A stretch of DNA of 62,639 bases, the filler included, from an uncultured Gemmatimonadota bacterium (GTDB taxonomy: Bacteria; GCA-2686955), in NCBI GenBank assembly GCA_964490075.1. It is 4 parts of 4 records of this genome, joined end to end, with 100 filler letters (N's around TTAATTAATTAA, not from the genome) between each part and the next. Parts side by side here need not be neighbours in the genome. Positions count along the whole stretch, not along the records: positions 32,278 to 47,690 come from CAZBBK010000092.1; positions 47,791 to 62,639 come from CAZBBK010000093.1; 2 more parts are not named here. One strand, given 5' to 3'. The stretch's first letter is position 1. Every line of letters begins with the position of its first letter. The notes under the pieces were generated by a model, which saw nothing but the letters and a program-made list of their open reading frames with translations, was not told where the DNA came from and searched no databases. Position numbers and translations under genes: made by a program. Below are positions 46,408-54,879 of this stretch, piece after piece.

Positions 46408-46980
46408 TCAGGCGATGCTCTTGACCTGCCGGTAGTCCAGCTCGACCGGCGTGGGGCGGCCGAAGATCGACACCAGCACCTTGACCTTCATGCGCTCGTG
46501 GTTCACCTCTTCGATCACCCCCTGGAATTCGGTGAAGGGACCGTCGATGACGATCACGCTCTCGCTCTTGCGGAAGGGAACCGACACCCGGGCGCGCTCG
46601 GTCTCGCTCTCGATGCGGTGCAGAATGCGGTCGACCTCGTGCCGGGGCACCGGGCGCGCCTTGCCCCCCTGGCCGACGAAGTCGGTGACGCCCGGCGTGT
46701 TCTTCACCATGCGTTGGGTGTCGGGAGTCAGCCGCAGCTCGATCATGATGTAGCTGGGAAAGAGCTTGCGCTGGGTGGTGCGTTTCAGCTCCACCACCTC
46801 TTCGGTGGGGATCAGCACCCGGCCGATGTCGCCATCGAGCCCCTGCAGGCGCGCCTCGCTCTCGATCAGGGTCTTGACCTTGCTCTCGTGCCCCGAGTAC
46901 GTGTGCACGACGTACCAGGCGAAAGGCCGCTCGGTGGGCTCTTCCTCGTGCTCGGTCGTGTTCAGTTGATCGGGCTCCAC
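46408..46980 (-). CDS. nusG: Transcription termination/antitermination factor NusG
   Basis: WYVVHTYSGHE.KV, TPGVT.FVG, KOW (DGPF..F.G), VSIFGR.TPVEL. Confidence 0.97.
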   Translation of the reverse strand: MEPDQLNTTEHEEEPTERPFAWYVVHTYSGHESKVKTLIESEARLQGLDGDIGRVLIPTEEVVELKRTTQRKLFPSYIMIELRLTPDTQRMVKNTPGVTDFVGQGGKARPVPRHEVDRILHRIESETERARVSVPFRKSESVIVIDGPFTEFQGVIEEVNHERMKVKVLVSIFGRPTPVELDYRQVKSIA

Positions 46981-47047
46981 GGGTCTCTCCCTCGGGATGA
47001 TGCGGGGCGCCTTCGCGCCCGGCTCCGGTCGTTCGGCCGCCGCTTCC

Positions 47048-47245
47048 TCAGGCGCCCAGCAGACCGTGCAAGGCGTTCATGATCGACGAGAGCGCGATGT
47101 CGACTCCGCCGATGAAGATGGTCAGGATGAAGGTGACCACGAAGACCAGAACGGTCTGGCCGCGAAGCTCTTCCGGCTTCGGCCAGGTCACTTTCTGCAT
47201 CTCGGCGGTGACGTCCTCGATGTACCTCTTCGCGTTGTCGATCAC
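47048..47245 (-). CDS. secE: Preprotein translocase subunit SecE
   Basis: EM.KVTWP...EL plus one TM; between tRNA-Trp and nusG. Confidence 0.93.
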   Translation of the reverse strand: MIDNAKRYIEDVTAEMQKVTWPKPEELRGQTVLVFVVTFILTIFIGGVDIALSSIMNALHGLLGA

Positions 47246-47311
47246 GACCGCTGTTCCGTTTTGCGGCGGCCCGCCGGACACCGGATGAGGCGTCCGGCGG
47301 GGCCGGTGTGC

Positions 47312-47388
47312 TGGCAGGCCAGGAGGGACTCGAACCCCCAGCCCCCGGTTTTGGAGACCGGTGCTCTGCCAAATTGAGCTACTGGCCT
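47312..47388 (-). tRNA. tRNA-Trp (CCA)
   Basis: AGGCCAG acceptor stem, anticodon loop CTCCAAA, GGTTCGAGTCC T-arm, encoded CCA end. Confidence 0.97.
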
Positions 47389-47425
47389 GGGTTTTCTGGA
47401 GCGCGCCTGGTTCGCTGGCGCGAGC

Positions 47426-47584
47426 TCAGCGCGTCTCCTTGTGGATGGTGTGGCTGCCGCACCAGCGGCAGTAGTGCCGGTGCTGCAGACGATCGGGATG
47501 GTTCTTCTTGTTCTTCGTGGTCGTGTAGTTGCGCCGCTTGCACTCGCTACAGGCCAGAATCACCTTGGTGCGTGCCGATGCCAA
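47426..47584 (-). CDS. rpmG: 50S ribosomal protein L33 (zinc-binding C+ type)
   Basis: [52 protein letters not shown]; below the ORF-track size cutoff. Confidence 0.95.
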   Translation of the reverse strand: MASARTKVILACSECKRRNYTTTKNKKNHPDRLQHRHYCRWCGSHTIHKETR

Positions 47585-47635
47585 GGAATCTATCTCCCGC
47601 GTGGGGTGGGAGGCGCCGCTCCCCGCCCCGCGCTG

Positions 47636-47690
47636 CTACTCGTGGATCTCGGTGATCACGCCGGCGCCGACCGTGCGCCCGCCTTCGCGG
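47636..47690 (-). CDS. tuf: Elongation factor Tu, 3' fragment (second tuf copy)
   Basis: REGGRTVGAGVITEIHE*. Confidence 0.95.
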
Positions 47691-47790
47691 NNNNNNNNNN
47701 NNNNNNNNNNNNNNNNNNNNNNNNNNNNNNNNNNTTAATTAATTAANNNNNNNNNNNNNNNNNNNNNNNNNNNNNNNNNNNNNNNNNNNN
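47691..47790. other. Artificial contig linker
   Basis: N run with TTAATTAATTAA. Confidence 0.98.
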
Positions 47791-47930
47791 CACGAGCGCT
47801 TCGCGCCCCTCGATGCGGCCGAGGCGCGGCGCCGCGGCGGCCTGCACCAGACCCTGGAGCGTCCTGTGCACGTGGCCCCGGGGACCCAAGAAGCGGCGAT
47901 CGCCCATGTGGAGCTGCTCGTGGAGCGGTC

Positions 47931-48132
47931 GTAACTCGCGACTCCGATCGAGGAGCTGAGGGTTGCGGCCAGATTCTGGTCACAACTCGCGACTCTCGAT
48001 CGAGAGTCGCGAGTTACGGCGCGAATACGGTCGTGGCTCCGGTTTCATCGCGATGAGTGACGAGTTGTGACGGATATACGGTCGTAGCTCCGCACTCTCG
48101 ATCGAGAGTGGCGAGTTGTGTCGCGAAACGGC
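47931..48132. repeat. Degenerate 51-bp-period palindromic repeat array
   Basis: AACTCGCGACTC at 47933 and 47984; CGAGTT at 48010, 48061 and 48112; perfect 32-bp palindrome 47984-48015. Confidence 0.8.
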
Positions 48133-48899
48133 GTCATGACTCGCGGTTCCGGGCGCGGAGCTGGGCTTTGTGTCGGGGCAGCGCGCGGGGATCGTGGAGC
48201 CTCGCGTGGGCTGGATGGAAAGAGGGCGCGCACCCCGTGGATGGGGCCTCTGGCCGTCCCATCCGGCGGGAGCCCCGCGGCGCGGCGCCGGGTCGGTCGT
48301 GTAGGCGGAGGCCCTTTCGGCGAAAGGGACTACGGGGCTGCAACAGATGCCGCGGTTGCCCGAGCAGGTAGGCATGCTCTCGAGCATTCCATCTGTCCAG
48401 CCGCCGGTGCCGTGCCACCGCCCGCGACCTGCCCCACCGCCCGAAGACCATCCCCCTCTAGAAGGCGTCCGGGGTCACAGCCCCGGAGTTTTTCGTTGCC
48501 TGATGGTGAGGAGTCCCTGCCCGACTCCGTTGTCCGAATCGGGCATGGGCAGGGGCATGGGCACGCGAAGAGGTCCAGTCGAGACCGCCCCCCCGGGCCG
48601 CGCATGGAGCCCCGTTGGCCGGCGGACTCCCGCTGGGCCCGCGCTTCTTCGCGAAGGGCGTCGCTCGAGAAGCGCTATATCGAAACGCCAGGTGGCCTCT
48701 TCGACCGAACCCGCGGCGCCGGCACCCGGGATCCTCGGGCAGAAGCTCGGCGGTCATTTCGCACGTCTGAGCCACCTCAGACGGCCACTTGGACCTCTCA
48801 GCGGTCGATTCGGGCTCTTGACCAGCCTCAGGCGGCGGTTGGGGTCGCTTCTTTGTCAGTCTTGGCGCCTGAATCGGCTCAGAAGCCGGTCGTGGTCGC

Positions 48900-50635
48900 T
48901 CATGGGTCGTTCTTCGCGCCCGAGTCCCCCTCCTCAACACCGCCCCAGAGCATCTCCAGGAGCCGTTGGGCGGCCTCGATCCGCGCCTCCTTCTTGGTGC
49001 TGCCCGAGCAGGGTTCGGTCTCGATTCTCCGTCCCCGCTCCTCCGCCCAACCGACCACGACGAATCTGGGCGAGTGAGAGGGGCCCTCGCTGGCGAGCAG
49101 ATCGAATCCGTGCGCGCCGATCTCACGGCGCCGCTGCATCTGGTTCAGACGCGGCCGGGGATCGGGGCGCGGGCGCGGCAGAGCATCTGGAGGGGCGGGG
49201 GATGCGGCGCTCGGTGAATCCTCCGGCTCGCTCCGCAACGCCTCGAGCCGCTCCAGCAGCTCAGCCGCCGCGGCCTGCTCGGCGCTCTTGCGGGCCGGCG
49301 CGCGATAGAGATTGGATTCGATCGCCCCCCGTCCGCCCAGGGCCACCGCGCCGCGTAGCCCAGCGGCAGCACGTCGACCTCGAAATGGGGCTCTCTGAGC
49401 TTCCGCTTCGCGCAGAGCTCGAAGAGGGCGGTCTTCGGGTTGCCCCTCTTCAGCTCCGCGAGCCGCTCCTCGCTCAGCTCGATCGCCGCGGATCGATCGG
49501 CACCGCCCCCGCTCAAACGCAGGAGCAGCTCCTCTGCCGCCATCTGCTCGGCCAGGCGGTGGCTCGACTCGGCCGTGGCGCTCACGTCGATCGGGTCGCC
49601 GCCGACGCTCGCCGATACCTGCACGACGAAACGATGGCGCTCGTCGCGGGAGCGCTCGAAACGGGGCGGCTCGAGCCCACGGCGCTGACAGTAGGTCGTC
49701 AGGGCGCCCTTCGGGTTCGCGTCCGTGAGCCGCCTCGCCAGCGCTTCCTCTTCCTCGCCGGCCGGCGCGTGCTTCACTTCGGACCAGATCATTCCGCGCC
49801 GATGATCGTCTCTGCGAGCGAGACCGCGGCGCTCCAGCTCGTCGACGAACACCGGCACGTCGGGCAGTCGGCCCTCCAGCCGGGCGCGCTGCAGGATGAG
49901 CAGAACCTCCTGGGCTCGGCCGATGGCGAAGGCGGGGATCAGCACCCGGCCGCCCCCCTCGAGCACGGCACCCACGCTGCCCAAGAGGCGCTCCTCGGCA
50001 GCCTGGCGATCGGAGTGCATCCGGTCGCCGTAGGTGCTCTCGGTGACCAGGATGTCGACCGGCAGCCGCGGCGGTGCGAGCGCGGGCACGCTGCGCTGCG
50101 CGCTGACGCTGTAGTCGCCGGTGAAGAGCAGATGGCCGCCGGGGGTCTCGAAGTGGATCATCGAGGCGCCGAGGATATGAGAGGCCGGCAGCCAGGTGGC
50201 GCGCAGCGTGCCGATCTCGACCGACGAGCCGTGGTGCACCGGCCGGATCGCCGCCAAGAGCGCTTCGACCTGTCTCTCCGCGTAGAGCGGAATCTCGCCT
50301 TCGGCCGCCTCGCCGGCTGCCATGATGCGCAACGCGTCCCGTTGCAGAATCGCCACCAGGTCGGCCGTGGGCGGCGTCGTGTAGATCGGCGCGTCGGGGA
50401 ACGCCTCGTGCAACAGCGGCAGAGCACCGCTGTGGTCGGAATGGGCGTGGGTGAGGACCACGGCGTCGATCCGCCGGCCGCTCAGCATGTCCAGGTCGGG
50501 CAGGTTGCGCTCCGCGCGAAAGCGGACTCCGCAGTCAACGACCACCGCGGTGCCGGCGACCTCGAGCAGCGCGCACGACGCACCGATGCCCCCGGCGCCG
50601 CCGAGGAAGCTCAGCTCGATGGGTGGGTGAGACAT
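48900..50635 (-). pseudogene. Beta-CASP-family MBL-fold nuclease domain fused to three dsRNA-binding domains (frameshift near 49345-49325; beta-CASP/RMMBL part absent)
   Basis: FLGGAGGIGASC, DCG, THAHSDHSG, HILG, TGDY, ESTYG, IPAFAIGRAQE; then NPK..L..YCQ, NPK..L.ELC and GPSHSPRF...GSTKKEA dsRBD signatures. Confidence 0.75.
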
Positions 50636-51107
50636 TCTGGTGCCAGGATGTCCGAGGAGGAGGTCGGTCGGCCGCGGTGCGCCGGTTTCATCGCGACGAT
50701 GATAGAAGACCCAGGCGTGGCGCCGAGGTCGACTCGGCGCGTGCTCGGAGCAGAGTGCCACCTCAATCGCTTGCTACAAGGGATGTGAGATCACATCTGT
50801 CGAGACCCTCGAGACCTTCGGGCTTCGCGAGTCGGGCAGGGGCATGGACATGGGCACGATTCGTCATGATCCGGTCGCTCGCTGCGTAGAGACCCGCCAT
50901 ATCGGAACCTCAGCGACGAATCGCCCCCTTGTGACACCAAAATCCGCCCCTTACTCTCTTCTCATACGTCGCACCTCGCCCCCCCCGCGTGCCGGAGCGG
51001 CGCGGATCGGGCAATCGAGCGCGGGGCGGGGAAGCGCCTGTGAACCTGCGAAAGGGAAGCTCGGCAAAGCGAAACGAGCGCATGCTCTCACGCACGGGGA
51101 TGATCTC

Positions 51108-52160
51108 ATGAACGATCTCGAGGGAAGCCGCGCCCTGGTGCTCGGCGGCGCCGGCTTCATCGGCTCCGCCGTGGTCCGCCGGCTGCGGGCCGCGCGCACG
51201 GAAGTGGTGGTATTCGACAACTTCCTGCACGGGCGGCGCGCCCATCTCGCCGGCCTCGGGGAAGGCGTTCGCGTGGTCGAAGGGGATCTGCGCGATCTTC
51301 CGGCGCTGCACGAGACCCTGTCGGATGCGCGCCCCGACTTCGTCCTCAACTGCTCCGGGGACACCTATGTGCCCTCGGCCTACGAGCTCCCCGAGCGCTT
51401 CCTCTCGATCAATGCCCTGGGCACCCTGCACGCTCTGCAGGCGGTGAAGGCTCGGGGAGTCGCGCGCATGGTCCAGCTGTCGTCCGCGGAGGTCTACGGG
51501 CGTGCCGGGGCGCAGCCGCTCTCCGAGGATGCTGCGCTACGCCCGGTGAACACCTACGCCGTCACCAAGCTCGCCGCCGACTGTCTCTGCTCGACCTTCT
51601 TCGTCGAGCACAGCGCTCCGGTGGTCGTCGCCAGGATCTTCAACGCCTACGGTCCGCGCGAGACCCACCCCTACGTGGTGCCCGAGATCATCACCCAGCT
51701 GCGCCGCGGGACGAGCGCCGTGGAGCTCGGCAACATCGCCGCCACCCGAGATCTGACCTACGTCGACGACACGGCCCGCGCGGTGGTGGCGCTGCTCGCC
51801 AGCGACGTACCGCAGGGCGCGGTGGTCAACGTCGGATCGAACAACGCTCACAGCATCGAAGCGCTGGTCGGCATGATCGCGGAGCTGGCAGGTGTGCCGG
51901 AGGTGCGGATTCGACAGGATCCGCGCCGCCTGCGCGCGAGGGATATCGACGCCTTCCGCTGCGACAACTCCCGGCTCCGAGAGCTGACCGGGTGGGCGCC
52001 GGAGATCGACATCCACACCGGCCTGAAGAAGACCCTCGAATGGTACGACGAGCACGGCGGCCGTTGGTGCTGGGAGGACGACTCGGCCGACGTGCGGGCC
52101 TGGAGCGCGCCCGGGGCCGAGGGGCAGACACGGAGCGAGTTGCTCGATCAGACCGGCTGA
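51108..52160 (+). CDS. NAD-dependent nucleotide-sugar epimerase/dehydratase
   Basis: GGAGFIG, SSAEVYG, YAVTK, RIFNAYGP, RDLTYV.D. Confidence 0.95.
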   Translation: MNDLEGSRALVLGGAGFIGSAVVRRLRAARTEVVVFDNFLHGRRAHLAGLGEGVRVVEGDLRDLPALHETLSDARPDFVLNCSGDTYVPSAYELPERFLSINALGTLHALQAVKARGVARMVQLSSAEVYGRAGAQPLSEDAALRPVNTYAVTKLAADCLCSTFFVEHSAPVVVARIFNAYGPRETHPYVVPEIITQLRRGTSAVELGNIAATRDLTYVDDTARAVVALLASDVPQGAVVNVGSNNAHSIEALVGMIAELAGVPEVRIRQDPRRLRARDIDAFRCDNSRLRELTGWAPEIDIHTGLKKTLEWYDEHGGRWCWEDDSADVRAWSAPGAEGQTRSELLDQTG

Positions 52161-52166
52161 GCTGCG

Positions 52167-53417
52167 ATGACGATCCGAATCGCGTTCCCGATCCACATGC
52201 AGCCCTGGGGGACCGCCACCCACGGGATCGGACGCTACATGGCCGACCTGGCGCAAGCGGTCCACCGCTTCGGCGCGGACCACGATGTCGCGCTGTCGGT
52301 CTTCCAGGATTCGTACCGTGCGTTTCACGGCTTTGAAGGGCTGCCGATTCGTCGCTTCCCATCACTGCCCGACCGGCTGCGCATCCCCTCCCACACGACC
52401 GAGCGCAAGGTCGCGGCCTCGGCGCGAGAGCGCCTGACCTGGGGGGACGACGACTCTCCATCGCTCTCCCATCGCCTGATGAACCGCGTCCGCGACCGGC
52501 GCCGCGAGCGCTTTCTGGAACGAAGCGACATTTCGTTGGTGCACTACGGATTCCACCTGGGAAGACCGCTTTCGCCGCGCAACGCCCCCCTGGTCGTCAC
52601 CATGCACGACCTGGTGCCGCATCTGCTGCCGGAGACCACCACAGCCGACGTGGCCTTCGGGTGGCGCACCATTCTGCGTCACCTGAAATCGGTCGACCAT
52701 TTCATCGCCATCAGCCGCACCACCGCGGCCGACCTGGAACGCTGTCTCGGAATCCCCAAGGAACGGATTACCACCAGCTACCTGGGCGTCGACCCGAAAT
52801 TCCGACCTCTGGCGGACCCGGTCACGACCAAGGCGACGCTGGCCCGCGAGTACGGCATCGCCTCTCCCTACGTTCTGCACGTGAGCGCCGTAGAGCCGCG
52901 CAAGAACCAGATCATGATCGCGAAGGCGCTCTGCGAGCTGCCGAGCGAAGTGCAGTACGTGATCGTCGGCGGCGCGGGATGGCGTTCGCAAGCCCTGCAC
53001 CAGACGATCCGGGACTTCGATCTGCAGCGCCGGGTCATCTTCACCGGCTTCGTGCCGGACGAGCATCTGCCGCTGCTCTACGGCTGCGCCGCGGTGTTCG
53101 TCTACCCCTCCCTCTACGAAGGCTTCGGATTTCCGATCCTGGAGGCGATGTCGTGCGCCTGTCCGGTGCTGAGCTCCAACCGCGGCAGCCTGCCGGAGGT
53201 ATGCGGCGATGCGGCGTGGATGCTTCCGCCCGACGATCGCAAGGCCTGGGTGGAAGCGTTGCGGCGAGTGATCTATCACCAAGAAGACCGCGAGCCGCTG
53301 GTGAAGCGTGGGCTCGACTGGGTGCAGCGCTACACCTGGAAGCGTTGCGCCGAGGAGACCATGGAGACCTACCGACAGGTCGTGGAGCGCTGGCGCAGCG
53401 AGCGGGGTCGATCTTGA
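52167..53417 (+). CDS. GT4 glycosyltransferase (WbaZ/MtfB-like)
   Basis: TMHDL, EPRKN, FVYPSLYEGFGFPILEAM. Confidence 0.93.
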   Translation: MTIRIAFPIHMQPWGTATHGIGRYMADLAQAVHRFGADHDVALSVFQDSYRAFHGFEGLPIRRFPSLPDRLRIPSHTTERKVAASARERLTWGDDDSPSLSHRLMNRVRDRRRERFLERSDISLVHYGFHLGRPLSPRNAPLVVTMHDLVPHLLPETTTADVAFGWRTILRHLKSVDHFIAISRTTAADLERCLGIPKERITTSYLGVDPKFRPLADPVTTKATLAREYGIASPYVLHVSAVEPRKNQIMIAKALCELPSEVQYVIVGGAGWRSQALHQTIRDFDLQRRVIFTGFVPDEHLPLLYGCAAVFVYPSLYEGFGFPILEAMSCACPVLSSNRGSLPEVCGDAAWMLPPDDRKAWVEALRRVIYHQEDREPLVKRGLDWVQRYTWKRCAEETMETYRQVVERWRSERGRS

Positions 53418-54676
53418 GCGCGCGCGTCGATCGGGGGCAGCCGGAACTGTTGCGGGTGCTGCACGTCACCAATCGCTTCACGCCGATGGGCGGAGCCGAG
53501 AAGGATATCGAGAATCAGATCAGCGCGATCGAGTCCGAAGGGCACACGGCCTTCATCGCCACGGCGCAGCGGGTCGAGGGCTTGGACGATGCGCGGGTGC
53601 ACGTGCTTCCGAAGCGGATGGGAATGCGCGACTGTCTGGACGGGGCGCGGCGAGTGCTGGAGCTGGCGTCGACGCTGCGCATCAACGTGCTGCACCTGGC
53701 CAACACCATCGACTTCCTCGGCAGCCGCGCGCTGGCCCCGATGATCCGCGCCTACCCGATGGTCCGCACTCTGGAAGACGTGCGCCCGACCTGTCTCAGG
53801 GGAGCCAGGATCCATCCCCATAGCAACATACTTTGCGAACGCCCCCAGGGAATCGGCTGTCTCGTGGGCGGATGTGTCGACTGGCGCAGAGCGCGCTTCG
53901 ACGTCGAGGCAGATTTACGGCGCTGGATCGACAATCGCTTCGGGCTCCACACCATGCGCCGCACGCCGATCGTGCTGGCCGCCTACAGCGAGCATTCCAA
54001 GCGGCTCTTGGAGAGACACGGGATCGACGGCCGGCGGGTGCGGGTGATCGTCGAGTCGTGCCCGGTGCCGGGCCGCCTCCGTGACGACCCGCGCCCTCCC
54101 GAGCCGCCGGCCGAGCCGCGCACCGCCTTGACCGTCGGCCGGCTGGACGAGGCCAAGGGCCAGCGCGACATGATCGGCATCGGCCGCATGCTGAAGGAGC
54201 GCGGCGTCAAGCTCGACATCGCCGGCAAGGGCCACCTGGCGGATCAGATGGCGACGATGATTCGCGACCACGATCTCGAGGGCTGGGTGCGGCTGCTGGG
54301 GCGGCCGACGGACGAGGAGCTGGGACGACACATGGAGCGCGTGGGGATGGTGGTCACGGCGTCGCGGGTGATGGAGACCTTCGTGCGCACCGGAGTGGAG
54401 GCCAACATGGCCGGACGTCCGGTGGTGGCTTTCGACCTCGGTGGCAACCGCGAATGGCTCTCACACGGCGTCAACGGGCTGCTGGTGCCATACGGAGACG
54501 ACGCGGCGCTGGCGCGAGCCGTCGCCGACCTCGCGGACGACCCCGAGCGCGCCGCCGCCATGGGGCGCACGGGCCACGAGCGCCTGAGCGAGCTCTACAC
54601 ACGCCCGCGCATGACCGCCAACATCATCTCGGTCTACCGCGACGCGATCGGGCTGTGGCGGGAGGCGCGGGGCTGA
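53414..54676 (+). CDS. GT4 glycosyltransferase with Cys-rich insert
   Basis: GGAE, VGRL..AKG, E-x7-E motif (ETFVRTGVEA), GGNREW..HGVNG; TTG start overlapping the previous stop. Confidence 0.88.
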   Translation: MSARVDRGQPELLRVLHVTNRFTPMGGAEKDIENQISAIESEGHTAFIATAQRVEGLDDARVHVLPKRMGMRDCLDGARRVLELASTLRINVLHLANTIDFLGSRALAPMIRAYPMVRTLEDVRPTCLRGARIHPHSNILCERPQGIGCLVGGCVDWRRARFDVEADLRRWIDNRFGLHTMRRTPIVLAAYSEHSKRLLERHGIDGRRVRVIVESCPVPGRLRDDPRPPEPPAEPRTALTVGRLDEAKGQRDMIGIGRMLKERGVKLDIAGKGHLADQMATMIRDHDLEGWVRLLGRPTDEELGRHMERVGMVVTASRVMETFVRTGVEANMAGRPVVAFDLGGNREWLSHGVNGLLVPYGDDAALARAVADLADDPERAAAMGRTGHERLSELYTRPRMTANIISVYRDAIGLWREARG

Positions 54677-54762
54677 GGGTGAGCGACGAATCCCGCCGCT
54701 GCCCGTGCGCCGGCCCGCGCCCGATCCCAGGACCGTGACGGGGGCGGACCGTCGTGCAGGAG

Positions 54763-54840
54763 TGGATTCCGTCTTGCGCCGGGATGACGGAGAGTGAGCG
54801 CCGTCAGGATTCGTCATTCCGGCGCAAGCCGGAATCCAGT
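54763..54840. repeat. Inverted pair of REP-like elements between convergent genes
   Basis: TGGATTCCGTCTTGCGCCGGGATGACGG ... CGTCATTCCGGCGCAAGCCGGAATCCAG. Confidence 0.75.
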
Positions 54841-54879
54841 TCGCTCGAATAGCGTCCGTCGATGGCGCGAGCTCCGGCG

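Noticed and set aside
47931-48132. Possible CRISPR array
   Set aside because: Only 3-4 degenerate units, the sequences between cores are similar rather than unique spacers, and no cas genes are present.
47980-48387. 135-aa ORF with 17-aa repeats
   Set aside because: The repeats simply reflect the palindromic DNA array; no convincing coding signal.
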